From Podarcis muralis (lineage: Eukaryota): 64,000 nucleotides of DNA. The stretch lies in contig NC_135657.1 in assembly GCF_964188315.1 (NCBI RefSeq), positions 70,556,001 through 70,620,000 on the forward strand, in the 5' to 3' direction. Under the pieces are notes generated by a model, which saw nothing but the letters and a program-made list of their open reading frames with translations, ran no database searches and was not told where the DNA came from. The number at the start of each line of letters is the position of its first letter. Within the stretch, counting starts at the first letter, position 1. This document shows positions 1-12,545 of this stretch, in pieces. Position numbers and translations under genes: made by a program.

Positions 1-1483
1 ACCCTTGGAAGAATATTGTCCCAAGGCTGATGTCCTGTGTTCAGCTTGTTGAGTCACCAGTTGTTCTGGTCTTGGCTGAACATTTATATGGTTTCCCAAG
101 CATGCTAGGCTGCTCTGAACAAGTGGGTTATATACAGTAGTACTTGCCATCTTGAAGAAAGTAAATTAGAAAAAGTAGGCTTTGAAAACCATACTGAAAA
201 AGATTCATATTGGAAACTTTAAAAAAAAAAATACTACTGTATATCATTTAAGTAACTAAACCAGTATAAATTTACAGAATAATTATGCTTCTTATTCCAA
301 TATTAAATAAACAGGAACTGGTTTTGTATGCATTTGTTATCTTTATAGCCCTTTCTCATTCTTATCCCCTTCTGCCATTTGCCATATTTTAAGACTTCCA
401 TTAATGGAAGGAAATTCCTTGTTCTTGCAGCACACAACAGATCCATCACAAGATTGATATTTGAGACATAACCCTTCATTTCTGAATGTTTAGTCATACT
501 CATAGTATGTTTGTTTATCAATTGCAACCACAGAATTGCTTTTAGTGGTGTGGTGACATCAGTCTATCATAAAGCCAGTGTTTCTTACTTGATAAACTGC
601 AGCCAATCTTGTCATTTCGTATTGTAAACCTCTAAGTAAACTGCTTAGAAATTCTGAAGAAATTGCAATAAATGAATGAAATAAATAATTAGAACATCAC
701 AAGCTGCCCTTTCGGCTGATAGACTTTGACCTTATTTTTGCTGTATGACTCTATTGATTCCTTTCCCCCAATAATTCAATTTTGTTCTTTCAGTAAAGCC
801 TTATATTGCTATAAAAAGAAATACCTCTGGCTTCCAAGTCATGAAATCTAGGTATAACTGCATATAGTAAGCTGTCTCTTGCTAGCATTAACTGGAGCAT
901 CATAATCACATAGAACCTTTTCTTGGTTCATTGTCTAAAATAAAACTTCTGTACAGTATAGCTTTTTAAAATCTACAGTAGCTCCTGTGCAGTGTTTGTG
1001 TGATAACAGTATTAATAGTGTAGATTGATACCTTCTTGTTATAATCCCTTAATTGTATACCAAGACCTCCTGTGCAAGTTCCACCAAGTGATTTCTGCGG
1101 ATTCCTTCATGCCGTGTTCCACATAATTGTAGATAATCCCTGGCCATTTGGCCAGGCTTTCTGTGTTAGGGTGTGTGTGAGGAAATTGCACAGGGCAAAA
1201 ACGGGGAGGCAGGAACCACCCCATTGCATGAGCAGAGTTCTCTGGATCCAACCATATGTTTTGTTCAATAGCAATAATCCAGACATTCTATTAGTAAAGA
1301 AGAGAAAAAAGTGGGGGTGGGGGGAGCAGACAGTATAAATCCCTGTCTCGTTTCCCTGCCCAGTGTAAATCTATCTGAGAGAAAAGACAGGGATCATCAG
1401 CATTAACATTTTGAAAAATCATTTTGGAGCAATTCCTGCCCACCAAAATGTTCTAACATGTTTTGTTTCCCTCCCTCCTTTAG

Positions 1484-1615
1484 CACTCCAGTTCACGCCT
1501 GAGTTACCAAAGCAACATTCAGGGATCTTCTCAGTCCCAGAGTACAATGGGCTATTCTACATCATCTCAGCAGAGCTCTCAGTACCATCAGTCTCACCAG
1601 TCGCACCGATACTGA
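1484..1615 (+). CDS. CDK19: Cyclin-dependent kinase 19, last coding exon (partial CDS; upstream exons lie outside the window)
   Basis: Polypyrimidine tract + AG at 1482-1483, then [43 protein letters not shown] (TGA 1613-1615). This closely matches the vertebrate CDK19 C-terminus as I recall it (human [43 protein letters not shown]). It also sits upstream of SLC22A16, as in other amniotes. Confidence 0.95.
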   Translation, partial: HSSSRLSYQSNIQGSSQSQSTMGYSTSSQQSSQYHQSHQSHRY

Positions 1616-4600
1616 GGAGAGCACATAGACGGTGTTAGAAAGGAATGAACTAGCAGTTGGCGGACTCCAGCAATATGAAGTTCATAACCATGAGAAGAAC
1701 CAAAAATGCAAAACTGTGATGCAGATTTTAAAGTTAACAATTATAAAAGGAGAACTTTTATTAACTAATTGTTTTGAGACAAGAGACCTTTTTATCCTTT
1801 TCTCTCTTTTTTTGCCATAAAGGAGATTCTTGTGAAGTTTCCCCTCAGCTTGCTTTCGCATGCGTTCCATTGTGGTTACTCGAATGAAACCGTCTGATCC
1901 GAACCCAGCACTTAAACTTCTTTAACCTATGGAATTTTTGAAGGATTCCTGGTGCACCTTTCTTGTGTTGTAGTAATTGCCATAAATCTTATCTTTTTCA
2001 AATCCCTTTACCAGGATTTTAAAGTTTTGAAACCTTGAACTCCCAGGCTTTTCAAGCTTGTATATAGTTAGTTTTTTACTAGGCAAACCCGTTTAGCTAT
2101 ACAGGTATAATGCACCTTTTAAAAGCACTATGTTATTTTCACAGGATATTACTGTTTTGCTCATGGATGTCAAGAACAGCAGATTTTACTGTTCCAGAGT
2201 ATTTTATTATTCCCTTTTTTATTAGTCTAGTTTTCAGATGAGGTCTTTAAAAAAAAAAGAAGAAGAAAAGAAAAGAAAAATATACAACCCAAGTCTCTGC
2301 AGCAACTATTACATGTTATGTGTTTGGATTGAACACCAAACAGAAGATTATGAATGTTTGTTTTTATTATTCAAATGAGCTCCCATAGATCATTTGCCAT
2401 TATCTTCCAAGTGGGTTGACCTAAGCTTTGCTTTAAATTAAGGCATAACAGTGAAGTGGAAGGCAAACTCTTCTGTGGCTCCAGTAGGACAAGAGTATGC
2501 TATGGTGTCTTCTCTAGTAGTTTTTCGTACATGCAATGGTGTCTTCTCCCATGTTTATCAGTTTTTCGGAACTCTGCCCTAGGAGTTTAGCATCAACTAG
2601 AAAAAGGGCAAACAAGGAGACTGTGCTACTACTTTGGGGGGCTGTCAAGTGGGACAGAGCATCTTTTTAGTATATGTTTTACCTTCTAAGTTTTGTTTGT
2701 TTCTGATGAAGCTTTCCTTTGCTAAATGTGGATGGTTCTGTAACTTGCAGCAAAAAAGGGCAAAATGTGCTGTGGCACCTTAAGAGACTAGCACATTTGT
2801 GGCATGAACTGCTGCCAACTTGCAGGACACTTGCAACCATGAACCTGGACAAGCCATTTTTATTTTTTACTATTACTAACCTTCATTATCCATTTGAACC
2901 AGATCAAATATTGAAGTTGTTGAGCAATGTCTTGAAAGTGCTTAGCCTTCTCATGTGGGAAAATGCATGTTTTGCCATCTTACCACTGCTGTGATTAACC
3001 TAAATTGGTTAAGTGCTAGGTAAGTGAGGCTGTACTGAAACGACTGTTTTCCTAACGTCAGACATATTGTGGATGTTGGTGTATTGGATAGGCAGCTAAC
3101 AGAGGGGATGTCAGCTCATCACCAGAGCATAATACTGGAGAGCCATTGGGTTGGATCTAAAGATCCACCTATGGAAGGGGTAGGCAGAAACTGACTATCC
3201 CATCCTCTCCCCACTAGGTCAGAGCACCCCTGAATATTCTCCTCTGAGGATCATGGCACTTAGCTGAGTGGGGTGGTTCTGGCAAAGGGGTCCGAGATGG
3301 AAGAGGGAGCTCACAGAAGCTCAGACAGAGGCATCTACTCATATTTTAAGGGGTGCTCCAAGGGCTACTGGGTAGAAGAGGGGACAAGAAAGTCATAGGT
3401 CATAGAATTGTTGAGTTGAAAGGGACCACAAAAATCATCTAGTTCAGTTCCCTGCAATGCAGGAATATTTCACCCAGTGTGGGGCTCAAGACCACGGTCG
3501 TGAGATTAAGAGTCTGAAGCTATCCTTCAGTCCCCTTCTGCCTGGTTGCTTTCACAGGTAGATCTGTATATCAAACTCAGTATCAAGTACCTGTGATCAG
3601 AGACCATACTTTGAGACATCTCCCTTTGTTTTGTTTTTTTAAGAGGCCCAGAATTACAGCTAGTAAAAGCTGTATATCTTCTGCAGTTCAGCATCTTGTG
3701 ATTCTGAGCCCACCCCCCACCCTGGTCTCTCTTTAAAAAAACCAGGTTTATTGCCTTTCTGAATATGAAGATAGGCATAAAGTTTGTCAGCAATGCTTAG
3801 TGAAATGCTAGATGGTAAGGAAGTGGAGCTGAATAGGATTTTCAAGGGTTAAATCTTGAGTGCCCATTAGTGGCTTCCCTTCCCCATCACTAGCAAAAGC
3901 CAAATACATTGTCCAACATGTCTGCTAATTTGCAGTATTTATACAGACTGCAGAATCCAGCTTTTTCTTGTGTGGAATTCAGGTTACCTTGGTGCAGAAT
4001 GGTTTTAGCTCCTCTGACTTTATTGCACTAAAATGGAAAAGGCATAAATTTTAGAATATACATGCAGCACCCTGTATTTGTCATAATAATTAATAAAGAG
4101 GTACAGGGAGGAGCCAGTTATTGATATATGCATTTATAAGCATTTACATGGTATAGCAGGGGGGTTTGCAGACTTCAGGCTTGTTGAAGCTACTTTACTT
4201 TTTACTGGAACCCCAAAATCTATCAGCCAGAGCCATATAGTTGAAATTAAAGGAAGAGTGCCTTTGAGCATTCTGAGCTTACAAATGTGTTTTCTGTACC
4301 AGGACAGGACTGAGCTCACAGTCTTTTCACACAAAAGTCTACTTCTGGTTAACATTTCACAAGCTTCATGTGTTTGGGAAATGTTATATTGTTGTTGTTA
4401 TTATTAAACAACTGGTAATCACAAACTCTTGCTAATCTGCTCTCTACATCTCTACCAATAGATCCTGATCTACCTTCTGCCTACCCCTGCTGTCTAGCGG
4501 GAGCTCATGCTCACTCTGTGTTCTGATCTGAATTGATATAAAAATCACCAAATCTTTGCACTAAGATTGCAGTAAGCTAACAAGGGGATGGGCCAGTTTT

Positions 4601-7165
4601 CTTGAGGGAGGAACTATTTTAATCCCACGAGTAATACATTTATCCTATCCCAGGACTGTGTGTGATTCCACTTTAAACTTTAAAAGGTCAGCTCATGTTA
4701 AGCTCAGTTGTCTAGTCACTGACATTGTTCCATTTGCTGTTGATACCAAGTGGCTCTCTGGAGAGAGCCAAAAATTAATTTATCATAGCATACCCATAAC
4801 AGGGGGACAAAACAAAAAGTATTCCATTTGATACAAACATACATTTATGCATCATGTATCTTACACTAGTTTTGTTTTACTGAAGTAATGTTTCTTTTGC
4901 ACCAGCTTTCAGTGAAAATGTTCTACCGGCTCCATGTCTTCCTGCACCCAAGCTAATGTTTGGTGAGCAGTTTAGGAGATTTAACTTTATTTTTATTGTC
5001 TTGTGAATTGCTCATTTTCCTCTTCTCCCTCTGTTGCTCTGTCCCCCAACCTCCCGTTTGCTACAGCCCAGCATCTGCGGCAAGCTCTGTCCGAGTGTGG
5101 GTTCCTCTGTGCATGCAGTGTGACGACCTGTCTTGAATGTGCTTTATCTCCATGAGCTTCCAGTCCCCTAGAAGGATGGCCATGATCGTTGTCTGTGCTG
5201 ACGATAGTTGCAAATTGCTTGCTTGCTATATATCCCACTTCCCCATGGTGTCTGTACACACAAATGTAGCTGTGCTAAGTAATACTTCATGGCCTTCCAA
5301 ATAAGCATTGGCAGGGGAATAGATGAAAGTATAGGTTTACACTTCTGAAATGTTTACTGCACTCATTCTGTATTTGTATTTTGGCTTTTTGGGGCATACT
5401 TGGCCTATTGCAGTGAGCTGTATGTGTATAATAAATGAGTGTCTCATGTACTGCAGGGCTAAGGCGAGCCAAGGTGAGGTAGCTTTGTTTCAGGGGGAAT
5501 TTCATGAAACAAAAATGTAATGTAAGACAAATCATATATTGTATGTTATGGAAACACAGAACATGGACATTTTCATAACTGTGCAGCTCTGTCAACTCAT
5601 TCTTACTAGCATGTGCAGCTTTGACGTCACCTATAATAAGTTTCTCTTTCCTATCTCATCGGCTCTTAGAAGTGGACGTGGAATCGACCTTGGTTGGTTT
5701 CTGTCTTGCTACTTTGGGAAACAGCTAGCTGCTGAAGCCTCATTCTTACAATGTTGCTCTTCTCAGCTTTCAGAGAAAAGGAGCAAAGAAATAGGATTAG
5801 CAAAGCAGTGATGAAATGTATTGGGAGCATAGACTGCATAATGAAGGAAGACTTTTGTGAAAGCTGCAAGTCCTGCACTCTATATCTGTGACACTGTATC
5901 TTTTTGGGTGGGGCTGGGGTGGGAAGGATGGGAGGACATCCTGAGGTTGGGGAGGTGGAAGCGTGAAGTATTTGATTATGTACGATATTTTATATAAACA
6001 TAATAAGCTTAGTTCCCCTTCATAATCTTCAGTGATGGTACTTAAGCAACATTAAGCAACGATAACTGTTTTAAGATAAAAGAAACATATTGTACATAAA
6101 GTCCATGTGTAATCTATATGTTTTGCCACACAAGAACGATGTGTATTGCTTTATGGGGGGAAAGTCCTTAATGCACTGTTATCTCCTAAATATTTAGTAG
6201 TAAATTAATACTATTTAATTTTTTAAAGAAAATCTGTCTTGTGTAGACACTAAAAAGTATTACACAATGTGGACTGAAGGTGTCCCTTTTTAACAGCAGT
6301 TTAAATAATGTTTTATATCTGTCATGTAGTATGCTTTTAAAATGGTTTTTAGTTGTATTTCCTCACTGTGGAAGGGTGCCTGCCATAAGTTTTCTTTTAT
6401 ATATAATTTCACATATTCATCTTCTATTCTTGTGTCTTTATTATATAGTTCTGTGTCCTCTCTTATGCAACTTCAGCTCAAGAGTGATGCCCCACGTATG
6501 GCAGTGTACTTTATAGTGGCTGCTGAGTTTTGCAAAATCCAGATTTGTACTCTCACTTCTTGGGATTTCATGGGGTGCTCAAGCTAGGATAATTACATTC
6601 AAGTCAACAATGTAGGGGAGTCCTAGAAAGTACACCTCCAGCCCCATTGAAGACATACACACCATAAGGGCCTTTCCTGCTTCTGTCCGGAGGTCAGTCA
6701 TTCTTCCTTGCTGTCACCAAGCATTGATCTCAACTGGCTATGTTGCTGAAGTGAAAATGTAAGAATCTGGCAGCTATCTAGCAACTGCCGAATATGCTTA
6801 ACCTTGAACTAGCGTGAATGTGCTAAGTGGCGCGAATATAGGATAGGATGTCACTGTGGGAGTTCAGTTCTTGCTGCCACCCAGCTCACCTCACCTCCTG
6901 CCCTGCAGTGGGAGAGGCTCAGTACCAAGCTAGAAACGTCCACCAACTCTGCTGGGCAGTTTCAAGACACTGAACTGTCAGGCTTTGCCCTCATAAAACA
7001 TTTACTGTTTTCATAATGTCCCAGAAGACTGTTAAAACTATGCTTTTTGTTCATTACATCATTTTTATTTTTTGTTGTAATTAAATTGAATTGCTTCAGT
7101 GTGGATTTTTTAAACAAGAATAATATACGTTTGTAATAATAATAATAAAAAGTTGAAGTCAAGCA
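1616..7165 (+). other. CDK19: Long 3' UTR of CDK19; distal poly(A) signal AATAAA 7144-7149, possible proximal AATAAA 4092-4097
   Basis: AU-rich, repeat-poor sequence follows the stop codon. AATAAA at 7144 is followed by CA and GT-rich sequence (TGTGTGATG). The exact end is inferred. Confidence 0.55.
3391..3522 (-). mobile_element. tRNA-Lys(CTT)-derived SINE with CR1 3' tail (5' end degraded)
   Basis: 3471-3522 is the reverse complement of the 3' part of tRNA-Lys-CTT (ACTCTTAATCTC anticodon arm, CCCCACACTGGG). It abuts a CR1-type 3' end (TCATAGAATTG...CTGCAATGCAGGAAT). A second copy is at 27298-27432. Confidence 0.8.
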
Positions 7166-8499
7166 GCTGTGTGATGAGACATGTGTAAACTTTGGGCTTC
7201 AGTGGAAACAGGATGAATTCCACAGACCTGAACTGTTTGATTTAAGACCCTTCTAAAATCTGCCTCAGGAATTGTGCTTAGGTGCACATTACGTCCCTTC
7301 TCAGCTGTTCCTTGGAAGACAGTACCAAAAGATCTTTTGTATGTTGAATCAGTACCTTTCCATGGAGCTATCACTCCTCATGCAGCCCCTTCACTTCAGT
7401 ACTGATCTACCTATGATTGGGTCCATATGGTCCTGAGGCAGGGTAGGGGGAGAAGACATTTCATGGGCTTAGCCCCTTAGATGCTACAAGGGGACGTGCC
7501 ATGAACCTATGCCTGAAATCTCTGTAGATAAGGTGGTGTTTCTGAAGCAGGGGCCTGGGAGCTAACTGCAATGTGTCACGCTTTTTAAAATCTAAATATA
7601 TCATTGCTAGGTTGCCTGCTGTGAATCTGCTGTTGGCAGCTTCTGTTCCTGTACGTGTGGCCCACATCTCCCCACCCTCTCTTTAAAGCACTGGTTCCCC
7701 CTGGAGACGTGAATATAATTGTACTGTTTAAGTGTCATGAGACTTGTCTGCATGAAGGCATTGTTTCCATAGTGCCATAGTAAGACTCGTGATCCTTTTC
7801 CTGGAAAATCTCTGGGTTCTCCATGCAGGTTTCCTTCCCACAGCACCCTGGTTGCTTGCATGCAGCTGGAAGTGCTATGATCTCTTTCTATTTGCCGTGT
7901 GTGTGTGAGAGAGTGTGTGTGAAGGAGTGTGTGAATGTGTGCGCATCACAGTTTTAAACCACATCACCCCGAAGGATCATGAGAAATGAAGTTTATCCCT
8001 CATGGAGCTATAATTCTCAATACCCTTAACAAACTACAGTTCCCATTATTCTTTTGGGAGGGTGAGATGCTTTACATGCATAGTGTTATGTACACAGCCT
8101 ATGTCTGTACTTGGTTGGGTCAGTCAAAGGGAGGTAGGTGGACGTTGGAGTTTTCAGGGATGGGGCTGGTGTACTCTGATGTTAGTTTCATGTTCTGTTT
8201 TTGCAGCTCTTATTTTTTTCAGATTTTTCAATAATAATAATTTTTTATTTATATCCCACCCTCCCTGGCCAAAGCTGTCTAATATTGCCAGTTGTTGCAT
8301 CTGCAATGATTATGGGCTGCTTATACAATTCTGGGGGGCTGAGTCGTGCTAATTTTGGGGAGGGTGGTCGTTTAAACATTTGCAGACCCATGAGGAGAGC
8401 CAAGGCAGTCCAGTGTGGGATGGCCACTTGTACTAAAATCCACGTAAAGAGCCTAGGGTCAAGATACCTGCTGTTTTGAGGGAAGGCAAGTGGCAAAGG

Positions 8500-8635
8500 C
8501 AGCCTTCCCCATCCTGGTATATTCCAGATGTTTTGAACTACAGCTCTCAGCACCCATGACCATTGGCCTTACCTACTGGGCTGAGAGGAGCTGGAATCCA
8601 ACAACATCTGCAAGGCACCAGATTGGGAAAGGCTG
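8500..8635. mobile_element. ~135-bp palindromic MITE (hAT-like ends). Related copies near 24075-24210, 37215-37345, 43460-43805, 54035-54135 and 61195-61305
   Basis: Ends CAGCCTTCCCCA / TGGGAAAGGCTG are near-inverted. The internal CTACAGCTC...GACCATTGGCC...CCAACAACATCTG motif recurs across the window. No clean TSD. Confidence 0.65.
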
Positions 8636-10482
8636 AGCTAGGAAGTGGAAGTACTAAAGGATGCTGGGATCTGAGCCACACTACTTTGGAGGACTCCTTT
8701 GAGATGGAAAGAGAGAAAGAAGCTGCCAGAAGGAGCTATTGGTGGGCAAAAATTGTTATAATAGGCATCTGGAAGAAGGTGTCTGATATGCAAGGAGCAC
8801 TGAGGATGCTTGAATCCAGATACAAGGAATAGTTTCCATGATTTTCCATGCACAAGATTGATCAGTGTAGGATATTTGGTATGGATGGTGTGTTCAGTGG
8901 AGACCATGTGACGAGAGACTTCTGAACATGAATACAGGTAATATTTAGCAGAACCTGTAGAGACTTTGTTCTTGTTTTATTTTATTAACCTACTCCTGCC
9001 TTTTGGCTTAAAGGATCCTCATTTTGAAACTAATTGGTTATTATCCTACTGTTGATGGAATAGAAAACTGGAAGCCTAGGAAGACCTAATGAATTTCTTT
9101 CAAGCCCAGTAATACTGGCTTGGCCCAGTTGGGGCATGCTGTTATTGTTTAAGATTATTTTCAGATTTACAAGTATATTTTCAAATGTAGATTTTCTATG
9201 AAAACAAACTTCCTGGTCCAGTCTTTAATTAAACTGGATTCCATTCTTTGTATTGCTGTGGATGGGATCTGTTCAGATCAGCACAAGTGTGTGTGTGTGT
9301 TGTTTTTTAATTACATGCAGCTCTCGTGTACAGCTGAAAATTTGACTGTCCATCAAATGTGCTGTTCTCCTGGCTAAATTAGCTTTCAGGCACATCACTG
9401 TTACATATAAATGTATTTAAATGCTGCTGAGACAGAATGAGCCAAAGCAGTGCTTGGCAGAATATTGTATTAACTCGGGCGATGAATTTTCTTCAGTACC
9501 TACCATGCTGTGCAGGAGTGCTGCTGCAAGGTGTAAATCTAGCTGGGTGTGTGAGTTTGGCGGACAACCTTGCCTCTTATCTTCTTCAATTAGTAGTGGG
9601 GAGGGAAGGGAGCTGAAATTCTGTGAAATATATACTGCTAGCAGAAGATTGCTGTTTAAACAGTCACAGGTTTAGCACAACACAATTCAGTAATCATGCT
9701 AGTTTTATTGGTAGGAAGTGGAGGTATAGCTACCCAAGAAGCAGGGCTTTTTTCAGCCAGAACACACTGAACTCTGTTCCAGCACCTCTTTTTCTAGAAA
9801 AAAAAAACTGCCAAGCAGTGTGAGGTGTGAAAAGGCCCACAACTCATCCTAATAACTGCCCTATATCAGTGTTGGAAGTTTGCACAAAAGTTAGCATTTT
9901 TTTTGTATCCCCCACCCCCATATATGTTTCTAGATGCGAGTCTATAATAGAAGAAACTGCTGAAAGGGTCAAACAAATCTCTTTGTTAAGTTACTGGCTC
10001 TGCCAAGCCTATTAAACACCCTTTTTACATGACTAAAGAATTGGCCATGTTGCCACAGAAACAACTAACTAGTAAAGCCTCTAGAAGAAAGAGGTAGGCT
10101 TTCACCTCTCTCCTGCGTGGATGTTATTCTAGGGGTACGAGAAAAACACTCCAGGAGCTGGTCTTGTCTGGTCAGGAGCTGGGAAGACTTGCTCTCTGTG
10201 TTGAAACCATAGCTGTGAAGACAGCCTGGAATCCTAAGGGGAAGCAAAATCGGTTGCAGTGTTAATGCAATTAGATCATTCATCTTATGCTCATGTTGTA
10301 TCTATGTGTAATTAAAACCATGTATCAAAATGACATCACAGGCTCCAGTGAACTTTATTCCAAGAAAGCTGAACTTGTAAGTGCTGGCACCCTTGAAGGT
10401 TCCCCAAGACAGACATTGCTGTCCTCTGGAGGGATGCAACCATTGGAAAGCATGTTCCTCTAGCACACATTTGAACTAAAAA

Positions 10483-10650
10483 TTAATAATCTGATAACTT
10501 CTAAATCCTCAGGTAGCACAATAGAGCTTAAACAGCAAGTGAGAACTGCAAGCGGATCATATGAACTATGTATGGATCCACTTGCAGTTCTCTTTTGCTA
10601 TTTAAGTTCTATAGTGCCAGAGGATTTGAAAATTATTATCAGATTATTAA
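10483..10650. repeat. 168-bp imperfect palindrome (fold-back element)
   Basis: Perfect 15-bp terminal inverted repeat TTAATAATCTGATAA / TTATCAGATTATTAA. Inner arms GAGAACTGCAAGCGGATC / GATCCACTTGCAGTTCTC pair at 17/18, and the intervening arms also pair. Confidence 0.9.
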
Positions 10651-12545
10651 CAGCTGCAGCGATGGCAATAAGCTATAAATAGAAAAAAAAAAGTTTCCCA
10701 CCTATGGCAAAGGGTTCCTATGGCTCACAGACAGCAATTCAGAACCTTTAGGATAGCACTGCCCACGGGAACAGCAGTCAGGATCCAATCATGTGGATTT
10801 TCTCCAGGGAAAGGAGCTACTATGAGTTTAAGAAACAGTACAGTCGTACCTCAGCTCCTGAATGCCTTGGGAGTCAAACGTTCCAGCTCCCAAACGATCG
10901 AAAACCAGAAATGAGGGGATTGATCTGTTAATAATTCCAGCAATCGTAAAACAAAATCAATATGTTTATTTCTTTTTGTTTCATCATTTTCTCTCTCTCC
11001 CTACTCATGGCAATTTTCTATCTGCTATTACAGGCTTTCCTCTTTTGCCTAGTTACTATTATGAATCATCTAGTACCAATATAAAATTCAATAACTCAAC
11101 GATGATGGATCACCATCAGATATTCAAATTAGGACTGTAGTGTGAATTTTCTTCCCATGTGAACTAAAACTGAGCTGCTAGTTTCAGAGTGTCAGAGCAG
11201 CCAATAAACTTGTATTGGCTTGAACTGGTACACAACTTCCTTCTGATCCCAAATGGCAGGAAGAAACTTCAACTGTTGGACTACCTGATTACAACAGCCT
11301 ATGCAGCTCCCAACATTCTGTGATATTGGAGGTGGAAGAGGTAGTTATGCATTGTAAGTAATATTGGCCAAATCCAAGTGCATGACCTGCCATGTGTCTA
11401 GAGCGCAAGGTGGACTGCGCCTTGGAATGGATGTTAGTCTCCCAGGACTAACAACCTAGGGGTCTTCAACAACAGATCTGAGGCCACCTCTCTGCTCAGG
11501 AAGGGAGGTGGTTGGGCAGAGGGCCTGATGCTACCCCAACAGAATATCTAATCTGTCCCAAGAGCTCAGCCCCAGAGACAGGATAATCAACTCTGGTGAC
11601 GTTGCCTCTCTGAGGTTCTGGGTTGGTTCTGCACTGAGAACAGAGTCAGGCATAGCTGGGGGAGACTAATGGTCCCTCCTTTGCCAAGCCAGGTCCTCAT
11701 TGATGCTCTTATTTTATAAGCCTTCTAAAAACAGCTCAATCAGACATTTTAAAGGTACATATATTTCAGGGAGGAGGGATTTATCCATTAGTGCCCAATT
11801 CATTTATATAAATAGGCTCTGCTGTATGTATAGCTGGACACAAAAGCATAATGGGATCTAATTGATACACATATCGAAATGCACAGAAAAACAGTCATTT
11901 CGCTTCCTCCTCTATCAGTTGAAAGGCAGTCTCCCAATACTTATCATTAACTGGGATGCTCTAGGTTCTGTTGTCCAGTGAAAAGTGCTATAGTGGAGCT
12001 TGTCCTTAAGTTGCAGCTCTGTTCAGTGCAAAATGTTTTTGCTAACCATAAATAATCATTGTGGGGTGTGTGGGTGTACATGGGCAAAGATACAAAGTAT
12101 GGATGGAGGAGGAGAGGACAGAGGGTGAAGAAAGAGCTGTGAGTGGAGCGGGGGTCCTTTCCCCATCCTCTGGACCCCCTGGGTCAACAATCCTGCTGCA
12201 TCTGGAACTGGGGGTGGAGAGTGCAGCTGAAAGAACATAGCCTGAGGAGGAAGTACCATCCCCCTTGGGCTTGCCCATAAAAAGCAAGTCTAGAGTGAGA
12301 GAGCAGGGTGATGTCCACTTTTTCTCATTGTGAGACTTTTGTGGGTGAGATGAGAGTTTGTTTGGGCCCTGAGTGAGTCCTCTGGGTGAGAGGGAGGGTG
12401 TGTCAGAAAGAAAATGAACTGATACTGATTTATATATATTAGTAATTTTGTATTAATGTAACATCTCTATATGTAATTGTGTGTTTTTGCAATATTTTAT
12501 TTAAATTGCCTGTTGTTGCTTCAGTTTTTGTACGCCACTTAATCT

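Noticed and set aside
1-1483. Penultimate CDK19 exon or an intronic snoRNA
   Set aside because: No Q-rich/PPNKKPRL-coding exon and no convincing C/D or H/ACA box pair found; treated as the last intron.
5622-5640. CRE palindrome TGACGTCA next to TATAAT
   Set aside because: Spacing is too short for a CRE-TATA promoter and it lies within the CDK19 3' UTR; a single motif is insufficient.
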